44,597 nucleotides of DNA from positions 1-44,597 of IMG/VR virus record IMGVR_UViG_3300033388_002660; one strand, written 5' to 3'. Positions 37,084 to 44,597 of the stretch are shown one piece after another. Position numbers and translations under genes: made by a program. Each line of letters starts with the position of its first letter. Position 1 is the stretch's first letter. The stretch is from a virus (Duplodnaviria > Caudoviricetes). The notes beneath the pieces are model-generated. The model was not told the origin of the DNA, did not search any database, and was given only the letters and a program-made list of their open reading frames with translations.

Positions 37084-37499
37084 ATTCTTTTGATAAATTG
37101 TTAGCACCATACAAGCAGGGCGGGACTGAAAAAGGTCCAGTCGATGTGACTATAGGTAACATCTGTTCAAAGCTTATGATTAATTACCGGATACCACCTG
37201 AAATTGTTGGGCCTGCCCTGTATAAAGTTTTTGATGCGATGGCAAACCAGGGGCTTATCTTTGAAGGCAATGATAAATGGGGCTCAAAGGGCGCTGAGTT
37301 GTTTTCATGCATTAAAGCTCAATGTGTGGACATGACAGAAAAGCAATCAGCTCAAAAAGCAATAGACTCCATAATGGCCACCACATCCTGTATGCGTCCC
37401 TGTCCGATCAGGTCAAAGAAAGTAATTAAAACGTCAAGATGGCAAAGGTTCAAGATGTCCTTTGCTCTTATCTGGGCTGGCTTGAGGTGGCGAATATAA
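37074..37499 (+). CDS. Hypothetical protein
   Basis: GGAG RBS before ATG 37074. Confidence 0.6.
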   Translation: MAINSFDKLLAPYKQGGTEKGPVDVTIGNICSKLMINYRIPPEIVGPALYKVFDAMANQGLIFEGNDKWGSKGAELFSCIKAQCVDMTEKQSAQKAIDSIMATTSCMRPCPIRSKKVIKTSRWQRFKMSFALIWAGLRWRI

Positions 37500-37720
37500 T
37501 GGCTTTGCATAACGGCATAGATACAGTGGGTTATGTGTCGTGTGGTTTTTACAGCGAAACATACAGTTCCGGCGCTGGTGGCGGCAACATCGCAAGCTTG
37601 TTTGTAAGCTATGGGCTTCTTGAGGAGGCTCCGGCTCCGGTTGTAATTGTTTCGGATCTTTTCAGGTTTGCCACAACATACATAAGGCGACTAAGACAAA
37701 GGTTTTCAAGAAGGCGATAA
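37499..37720 (+). CDS. Hypothetical protein with Arg-rich C-terminus
   Basis: TAATG overlap with the upstream gene. Confidence 0.55.
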   Translation: MALHNGIDTVGYVSCGFYSETYSSGAGGGNIASLFVSYGLLEEAPAPVVIVSDLFRFATTYIRRLRQRFSRRR

Positions 37721-37736
37721 ATAAAGGGGGGGCAAG

Positions 37737-38096
37737 ATGTCAAAATTACAGACAGAAATGAAAACAGTACACATTTTAATCAATGGCACTTTCTCAGCCG
37801 GTTTTGAAATGCCGAATTGGGCCACTTTTGCGCTGGCTTTTTTCCCAAATATGGATGTGGGAGCGGTGGGTTTAGAAGTAAGCCCGAATGGTGGCACAAA
37901 CTATTACCCCGTTCTTAAACCTGACGGATCGGCTGACGCTGCCATTGTTGGCTCTGGCTTAGATCCGGCATGGTCTGATATTTCAGATTATGTGAGAGCC
38001 TTGCCGGATGAGGCCAGTGAAGATGTTTTGATGCGCTTTACTTGCGCTGCCCAGGCTTCGGCTGCGTTAGATGTTCTCGTATATTTTAAGGAATAG
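37737..38096 (+). CDS. Small beta-rich virion protein, paralog 1
   Basis: 119 aa; colinear with the next gene. Confidence 0.75.
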   Translation: MSKLQTEMKTVHILINGTFSAGFEMPNWATFALAFFPNMDVGAVGLEVSPNGGTNYYPVLKPDGSADAAIVGSGLDPAWSDISDYVRALPDEASEDVLMRFTCAAQASAALDVLVYFKE

Positions 38097-38104
38097 GTGA
38101 CTAA

Positions 38105-38464
38105 ATGGCTAAATTAATAACTCAGAAAGCCCAGGTAGTGATTGCTAACACAGCTGTCATATCAGGCTGGTTTGAAATGCCGAATTGGGCCACTTTTTGT
38201 ATGGCCCTTTTCCCGGATATCACAAATGGCGTGGTGGGCCTTGAGTTCACCATTGATGGTGGCACAACAAATGCGCCTGTCCTGAAGGCTGACGGCTCCG
38301 GGGATGCTGTTCTTATAGACACCGGCTTTGATCCGGGTTGGCAAGATATTAGCGATTACATAAGAGCCTTACCTGACAATGAAACACATAACACCATGGC
38401 AAGGTTTACATGCACCGTCGCCCAGGTGGGAGCAAAAACAATATCCATATATTTTAGGGAGTAG
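38105..38464 (+). CDS. Small beta-rich virion protein, paralog 2
   Basis: Shares FEMPNWATF, GGT..PVLK.DGS.DA, DP.W.DISDY.RALPD, MRFTC/ARFTC and YF.E with paralog 1. Confidence 0.75.
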   Translation: MAKLITQKAQVVIANTAVISGWFEMPNWATFCMALFPDITNGVVGLEFTIDGGTTNAPVLKADGSGDAVLIDTGFDPGWQDISDYIRALPDNETHNTMARFTCTVAQVGAKTISIYFRE

Positions 38465-38468
38465 GCAT

Positions 38469-39065
38469 ATGGCAGATCAAGTCGAAATATGCAACTTAGC
38501 ATTACTGGATGTGGGAGCTAAAACAATCAGCGCCATTGACGAGGGTTCTGTTGAAGCAAACACCTGTCTGGATATATACGAGCTGTATCTCAAGGAAATC
38601 CTTGGAGAGCACACCTGGGACTTTCAGAAAAAATGGGTTGCCCTGGCCGCGCCTACCTCCTACACAAATATTGATGAGCAATACGATTACGTTTATGCGC
38701 TACCGTCTGATTATCTTCGCATGAGTAGGATGCAAGATAAAAAATCATTGTATGAGATTCGTGGAAAGGTGATGTTTACAAATGTGGAGGATGCACAAAT
38801 AGAATATATCTGGTACGCTTCAGATAAGTTTGATCCTCAAAACCTTCCCACTTATTTTGTAAAAGCGTTTGCCTCCAGGATGAAATCTACCCTGGCCGCT
38901 AAACTCCCGAAAAAGGGTGCAAAGGCTGTTGACTTTTTTAAGATTTATTATGATGTCGACTTGCCAAGAGCAAAGACCTTAGATGCGCGTCAAGGCAAGC
39001 CTTCAGAACAAACACAGTTTGGCGTAACAAACGAATCAGATCCATGGTTCTTAGCAAGGGGATAG
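38469..39065 (+). CDS. Tail tubular protein A / adaptor (T7 gp11-like)
   Basis: VEICNLAL..VGA..I, H.WDF and Y.LPSDYLR motifs. Confidence 0.85.
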   Translation: MADQVEICNLALLDVGAKTISAIDEGSVEANTCLDIYELYLKEILGEHTWDFQKKWVALAAPTSYTNIDEQYDYVYALPSDYLRMSRMQDKKSLYEIRGKVMFTNVEDAQIEYIWYASDKFDPQNLPTYFVKAFASRMKSTLAAKLPKKGAKAVDFFKIYYDVDLPRAKTLDARQGKPSEQTQFGVTNESDPWFLARG

Positions 39066-39066
39066 C

Positions 39067-41829
39067 ATGGTAGACACAATACAAACGTCATTCAATAACG
39101 GCGAGATATCGAATGAAATATATGGCCGGACTGATCTTGCGAAGTTTTACAATTCATGCAAAATTCTTAAAAACTTTATAGCTCTTTTGCATGGTCCGGC
39201 AACTCGCAGGCCTGGTTTTGAACACATCAATATAGCCAAAACGCTTGGCAAAAAAATACGCCTGGTTGCGTTTGAGTTTTCAGTAACGCAGGCTTACATA
39301 TTGGAGTTTGGGGATGGATATATCAGGTTTTACAAAGACGGTGGAATAATAGCTCCTGATGCATGGAGCGGTGCAGAGGCCTACATAATAGGCGATCAGG
39401 TTCTAAGTGGTGGTATAAGATATACCTGTAAACTTGGCCACACAAACCAAGTCCCTCCCAATGCTACCTATTGGACCCCAGGGACCGGCCTGGTTGCTGA
39501 GATAGCGACGTATTATGGAGAGGCTGCCATATTTGACCTTGACTTCGCCCAAAGCGCGGACACTCTATATATTGCATATAGCGGGATTACCTCTGCGACG
39601 TTGACCAGGAACGATCATGATAGCTGGGTTCATTCAGCAATTGTTTTTGATTGGCCTCCATTCTTATCACAAAATACAAATGAGGATATCCTTGTTACGG
39701 CAAGCGCTGTTGCAGGAGCCGTCACGCTTTACGCGACAGAGGACTTGTTCACAACCGATCATGTCTATGCTTACTGGAGGTTTGCAGAGATACCAGAGTC
39801 AGAACACGACACATGGAAAACAGACACAGCATATACAGAGGGTGATCCCATTGTATATGGTGGCAACGTGTATAGAGCGGAGAGCTCCGACACGTCAGGC
39901 GCTAGGCCCCCGGTTCATCTTTACGGTGTAAAAAGTGATGGAGTTATTGACTGGACATATCTACATAGCGGTGCAGGGTATGTGTTAATAACCGCTTTTG
40001 TAAGCGCAACCGAGGTAACGGCTGACGTAATATCACGCCTGCCCAATAGCGCTGATGATACCTACACTATAACCGGCGCAACGCAGGCTAATCCTTGCGT
40101 GATTACAGCTGACAATGATTTCGTTGACGGACAGAAGCACGTAATCAGAGGTGTTGTTGGAATGGTAGAGCTTAACGGCAACACATATACGGTTGCCAAT
40201 GCTACCGACACGACATATGAACTGGAAGGTGTTGACAGCTCGCTCTATACTCCATATATATCTGACGGCACAGCTACCAAGGGTGTTTATATGTGGGCAG
40301 AGGGCACATGGTCTGACGAACAAGGGTTCCCAGCTATTGTGGCTTTTGATAATGAAAGGCTTTGCTGGGCAAAAACTAAAAATAGCCCGCAATCAATATG
40401 GATGTCAAAGGTGGGATTATATTTAGATCACAGTGTAAGCAATCCCCTGGTTGATGACGATGCTCTTAGCCTCATCCTGGCATCTAAAAAAGTTAATGCC
40501 ATACAATGGATGGAGTCGGCAAGGCAATTCTCATTAGGGACAACTGAGCGCGAATGGTGGCTATCAAGCGCGGCTGGTGACGGCGCTATTTCGGCAACGT
40601 CAAAGAAAGCGACAGCTGGAAGTTTTAACGGATCTGAGAGCGTTACCCCGGAAACGGTTGGCAATTCCATTATATATATCGAGAAGCATGGCAAGACAGT
40701 GAGAGAGCTATTATATAATTTTCAGGATGATGCTTTTGGTGGGGATGAGTTAAACCTTTTAGCCAAACACCTTACAAGAAGCACAACCATTATTGAAATG
40801 GCATACCAGAAACAGCCTAACAGCATTCTGTGGTTTGTGCGAAGCGATGGAAAGCTTATCGCCATGACTTATCATAGGACGCATGATGTTTTTGGCTGGC
40901 ACATACACGAAACGGACGGCTTGTTTGAATCTGTGGCTGTTATCCCCGGACCTTCTGAGGATGAGGTCTGGTGTTCGATCAATCGCACGATTGGCGGTGT
41001 GGCATACCGATATATTGAGCGATTGAGTACAATGTTTGATGGCCAGGATTTATCAGACGCGAGGTTTTTAGATTCTTACCTTACCTTGGATGGTCGGCAG
41101 GATGTTGAATCTATAAGTTACGCAGATCCGGGAGTCGTCACATTGACCGGCCATGGGTATTCCGATGACGATCCTATCATGTTCAGGTCGGTTGATGACG
41201 ATATAGCAGGCCAGGAAGATTATCGATCACTTGCTTTTGAAGAGTTTACAGTGGCCAACAAAACGGCAAACACTTTTGAGCTTGAAGATCAGGACTCAAA
41301 CCTTGTTGATTTAACTGAATACAAAACAGCATTATCGTCAACCGTGGCCTTGATAGTGACATCCGTATCAGGGCTTGACCATCTTGAGGGGGAAACGGTT
41401 CAGGTTTTATCAGACGGCGCTCAGGATGAGGATCAGGTCGTTTCAGGTGGGGCCATAACTATTGCCGGTGGTAGCGTGGTTCAAGTAGGCCTGGGATATG
41501 TTTCGGATCTTTCCATGGTTTCACCGGACTCAAAAAGTTCCTCAACGAGTTTGTCTACATCACGCGGAGATACCAAAAGAATCACATCCGTTATTTTGAA
41601 ATTAAACGAGTCTGTGGGCGCTGAGATCGGGCCGGATGAGGACAATTTGAAACAAATGCTGTTTGTAAGCGATGATACTTTAATGGGGAGGCCAGTCGAT
41701 TTATTCAGTGGCGATACTGAGGAGGAGTCTGTTGACGGAGAGCTTAGTACAGACGTTGGTTTGCTTATCCGGCAATCTCAGCCGCTACCACTTACCATAC
41801 TGGCGATAATTTCAAGATTAGAGGTATAA
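39067..41829 (+). CDS. Tail tubular protein B / nozzle (T7 gp12-like) with inserted domains
   Basis: QTSFNNGEIS...GRTDL, GPATRRPG, YILEFGDGYIRFY, AQSADTLY, GLDHLEGETV and QPLPLTILAI. Confidence 0.9.
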   Translation: MVDTIQTSFNNGEISNEIYGRTDLAKFYNSCKILKNFIALLHGPATRRPGFEHINIAKTLGKKIRLVAFEFSVTQAYILEFGDGYIRFYKDGGIIAPDAWSGAEAYIIGDQVLSGGIRYTCKLGHTNQVPPNATYWTPGTGLVAEIATYYGEAAIFDLDFAQSADTLYIAYSGITSATLTRNDHDSWVHSAIVFDWPPFLSQNTNEDILVTASAVAGAVTLYATEDLFTTDHVYAYWRFAEIPESEHDTWKTDTAYTEGDPIVYGGNVYRAESSDTSGARPPVHLYGVKSDGVIDWTYLHSGAGYVLITAFVSATEVTADVISRLPNSADDTYTITGATQANPCVITADNDFVDGQKHVIRGVVGMVELNGNTYTVANATDTTYELEGVDSSLYTPYISDGTATKGVYMWAEGTWSDEQGFPAIVAFDNERLCWAKTKNSPQSIWMSKVGLYLDHSVSNPLVDDDALSLILASKKVNAIQWMESARQFSLGTTEREWWLSSAAGDGAISATSKKATAGSFNGSESVTPETVGNSIIYIEKHGKTVRELLYNFQDDAFGGDELNLLAKHLTRSTTIIEMAYQKQPNSILWFVRSDGKLIAMTYHRTHDVFGWHIHETDGLFESVAVIPGPSEDEVWCSINRTIGGVAYRYIERLSTMFDGQDLSDARFLDSYLTLDGRQDVESISYADPGVVTLTGHGYSDDDPIMFRSVDDDIAGQEDYRSLAFEEFTVANKTANTFELEDQDSNLVDLTEYKTALSSTVALIVTSVSGLDHLEGETVQVLSDGAQDEDQVVSGGAITIAGGSVVQVGLGYVSDLSMVSPDSKSSSTSLSTSRGDTKRITSVILKLNESVGAEIGPDEDNLKQMLFVSDDTLMGRPVDLFSGDTEEESVDGELSTDVGLLIRQSQPLPLTILAIISRLEV

Positions 41830-41831
41830 CA

Positions 41832-42269
41832 ATGGTCGAACCTTTAACACTACTTGCCGTCGCTACAGCGGCAAAAGCCGTCGGTAGCCTTATAGGCGGC
41901 GAAGCTTCTGCAAATCAAGCTGAATGGAACGAGGCGCAAGCTAAATACAATGCGGCATACGCCAAACAGAAAGCCGCCATCGACGAAAGAAGGCTCAGGA
42001 AAGGTGTAGCGCGAACCATAGGAACTGCCAGGACAGCGGCGGCGGCTTCGGGGTTTGCTCTTGAATCAGAATCGACACAGCTTGCTATTGATGACATTGA
42101 GAGATCCGGCGAAATAGATGCGGCATTAATAAGACACCAGGGCGATATAGGCGAATGGAAAGGGCTGGCAGAGGCCACCGCTTTTGAAAGTCAGGCCGAA
42201 GCCTCAAGGATTGGTGGCGTTATTGGTGCGCTTGCTTCGGGCGCTAAAGCGGCGACGCTATTTTTCTAG
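41832..42269 (+). CDS. Internal virion protein (gp14-like)
   Basis: Ala/Gly-rich; AASG motif; position after the nozzle. Confidence 0.7.
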   Translation: MVEPLTLLAVATAAKAVGSLIGGEASANQAEWNEAQAKYNAAYAKQKAAIDERRLRKGVARTIGTARTAAAASGFALESESTQLAIDDIERSGEIDAALIRHQGDIGEWKGLAEATAFESQAEASRIGGVIGALASGAKAATLFF

Positions 42270-42317
42270 TGGTAAAGACCCACTCCAAAAGAAAACGATC
42301 AGCGGTTAGGGGGGAAA

Positions 42318-43964
42318 TTGCCTAAAATACCAGTAAGACCAGAGCAAGTAGGCGTAAGCGGCCTGGACGCTCCCAAAAGCACAGGCCCGACAATTGGCAC
42401 AATAGGGGGAGAGGGCATTCAGTTACTTGGCCAGGTTGCAGGCGAACACGCTGAAAGAATACAGGGGGAGCATGATATAGCCTCCACTCAAAGCGCGATC
42501 AATGCTTTTTCTGAGGAATCCCTGGGGCAGATGGGCGGTCATCTAAGCCGTAAGGGTGCAAACGCAAAAGGCTCTTTGAAAGAATATGACACCTGGTACA
42601 AGAAAAAATCAAGTGAGGTCCAGTCTAAATTAAAGAACGCAAGACAGAAACAAATGTTTTCCTCTTATACTGCTACCCAGAAAAGGAATGACAATAAATC
42701 CCTGTCTGTTCACCAGGCCAGGCAGCATCAAGTTCATATGGAAAGCATCATCCCTGGAACCTTGACAGTCGCAAAGCAAAGCGTGGTGTTAACGCCTTTC
42801 AATGATGATGTGATTAACACGCAGATAAAAAATGTAACAATAGCCATACAGAACGCCAGGAGTGGCCTTGATAATACGGCTGACATAGCCAAGGCAGAGG
42901 CCGATATTAAAATGACAGCCCTGGCCGCTATGACTCAGCAAGAGCCTCTTACTGCCCAAAAGAAACTTGAGGAATGGGAAGACGATCTTGGCGCGGCATA
43001 TACCCAGGCAAAGGACATAATTGATAAGGATGCTGTTCATATAAAAGCCAAGGCAAAGTTTCCAGGAGATTTTAAAAAGCAGACTGAATGGGTTGACAAA
43101 CAGAAGGGTGTTTCCGCTGAGGTTATAAGAAGTGTTAACACCCGCATAAGAGGCGAAAAGGCAGCAAAGGATAAACTTGAGGTTGAGGCGCAAACAGAGA
43201 CAACAGAAGAATGGGCAGGGCTCCTGGATGAAGGTAAGCTCACTGAGGAGGTTGTTGACTTCACTGACATGCCAAACACTAAAAAGAATCTATGGAAAGC
43301 TAAGATCGCCGCCCAGGATGCAGGCAGAAACAAAGCGCAAAATGAAAAATATGCGTTTGAAAATAAAGAGATTTATAGTGAAATGCTTGAGTTTGTGGAT
43401 CTTAATTCTGCGAGCCTTACGATTCAGGACATATACGATGAGGTTGATCCTAATAGCGGTGGGCTCACAGGACAACAGGCTGGTTTTTTAGTTGATAGGC
43501 TTAAAAAGAACCAAGGAGCAAAGGCAGTAAGCGAAGAGGTCAAGTCTGCTAAAACCAGAATAAAAGAGATGTTTAACCGTGGTGACTTCGGGCCGAATAA
43601 GGGGGAAGCAAGCAGAACCAGAAAAGCCAGGACCGCAAAGGCAGATTTAATGGTCGGCCTCCAGGAATGGATCGACGCTAATCCTGGTCAAGATCCTACC
43701 GAATACCTTAACAGTAAAATTGATTTGACCACGGCAGAGCAAACGGCAAGCAAGCTCAATACTCTATGGGAGTCTGTTGTCCCGTTTGAGCAAGAGGACG
43801 AATTTTTAAGAGATGTGGCCGCTGGTAATCGTGACGCGGAGATTGCTGGGAGATTACTGAGAAGCCAAAGTTTAGATCCTGACGATTTTTCAGATGAAGA
43901 GATGGAAAAGATAATCTTAACACCAGAATTTAACGAGTTTAAAACTGAAATTTTAGAGAGATAA
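42318..43964 (+). CDS. Internal virion/ejection protein (gp15-like)
   Basis: MPKIP start; helical 548 aa; position. Confidence 0.7.
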   Translation: MPKIPVRPEQVGVSGLDAPKSTGPTIGTIGGEGIQLLGQVAGEHAERIQGEHDIASTQSAINAFSEESLGQMGGHLSRKGANAKGSLKEYDTWYKKKSSEVQSKLKNARQKQMFSSYTATQKRNDNKSLSVHQARQHQVHMESIIPGTLTVAKQSVVLTPFNDDVINTQIKNVTIAIQNARSGLDNTADIAKAEADIKMTALAAMTQQEPLTAQKKLEEWEDDLGAAYTQAKDIIDKDAVHIKAKAKFPGDFKKQTEWVDKQKGVSAEVIRSVNTRIRGEKAAKDKLEVEAQTETTEEWAGLLDEGKLTEEVVDFTDMPNTKKNLWKAKIAAQDAGRNKAQNEKYAFENKEIYSEMLEFVDLNSASLTIQDIYDEVDPNSGGLTGQQAGFLVDRLKKNQGAKAVSEEVKSAKTRIKEMFNRGDFGPNKGEASRTRKARTAKADLMVGLQEWIDANPGQDPTEYLNSKIDLTTAEQTASKLNTLWESVVPFEQEDEFLRDVAAGNRDAEIAGRLLRSQSLDPDDFSDEEMEKIILTPEFNEFKTEILER

Positions 43965-44597
43965 TGCCTACTTTTGACCAGATAACTTCCGACAACACAG
44001 AAAGGCACGAAAAAGAACGGACTTTCCAGCCTGTTGTTAAGAGGAGCGATGCGTTTGAGTCTATTGTTGCCAATAAGCCAAAGAGGGAACTTGACCCCCG
44101 GGGCGCGGAGCTTATCGCTGATGACGGTCCGAATGTATGGGGCAGGCTTGGTCAAATGTTCTCAGATCCAGACAAGGCCGGGGCCGAAGCGGTGCAGGCA
44201 ATAACAGACTCCGCTCTTATGAATAAGCGCAGAAAGCCAGGAGATCCTTTCATCACTCCATCTGAGGCTGTGCGTTATAAAAAATATCTCGATAAAGACG
44301 AAAAGGTCAATCCTGCCAGGCTCAAACTCCGGGGCGATCTCAAAACAATAGTAAAGCAGAGTTTGAATACAGGCTTTGCTCAAGTCAATCTTGGTGGCTG
44401 GGGTTTTGAGGCCCTAATGGGCAACACAAACGAACAAGTTGAGGCTGGCATAAAGGAAACCCAGGCGGCTATAACTCCTGAAGAGGAAAGGCCGCTACCC
44501 GAAACAGTCCTACAAGAATTTGCAGGCAGCGCAGCCGAGATGTTCCCGTTTTTGGCTGAGTCTGCTAAAGCGGGTGGGTGGAGAGGTTTAATGCTTG
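43964..44597 (+). CDS. N-terminus of the giant ejection protein (continues through the junction into 57..6563)
   Basis: TAATG overlap at 43962-43966; 192 stop-free codons (MPTFDQITSDN...) reach ATG 44540, equivalent to position 57. Confidence 0.9.
   Translation, partial: MPTFDQITSDNTERHEKERTFQPVVKRSDAFESIVANKPKRELDPRGAELIADDGPNVWGRLGQMFSDPDKAGAEAVQAITDSALMNKRRKPGDPFITPSEAVRYKKYLDKDEKVNPARLKLRGDLKTIVKQSLNTGFAQVNLGGWGFEALMGNTNEQVEAGIKETQAAITPEEERPLPETVLQEFAGSAAEMFPFLAESAKAGGWRGLML
44484..44597. repeat. Terminal direct repeat / circular overlap (copy 2)
   Basis: Identical to 1-114. Confidence 0.97.

Overview
The window is a complete circular or circularly permuted genome of a ~44.5 kb podovirus-like tailed phage. 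Bases 1-114 are repeated exactly at 44484-44597, giving a unit length of 44,483 bp. The virion module has BPP-1/APSE-like gene order: TerS, TerL, portal, scaffold, major capsid, cement, T7-like tubular tail A/B, ejection proteins and a tail spike. A ~2,360-aa polyvalent ejection protein (ART-like and GNAT domains) spans the contig junction. A leftward early operon encodes RecE/RecT-like, hexapeptide-repeat and TGT-like proteins. A rightward operon encodes a Cro-like HTH, a Dam-like MTase, a Gp37/Gp68 radical SAM protein, a lambdoid-style replication initiator with internal iterons, RusA and an M23 peptidase. I recognised no integrase, DNA polymerase or RNA polymerase. The standout locus is 21156-22465: a solitary RAMP/Cas7-like gene flanked on both sides by ~250-nt non-coding arrays of 5-nt units, each a near-constant NGY (most often GGY) triplet plus a variable dinucleotide, with about 48 and 49 units. 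There are no CRISPR repeats or other cas genes. This looks like a minimal phage RNA-guided system whose guide information is interleaved in the variable dinucleotides. All family assignments come from motif recognition by eye, not database searches.
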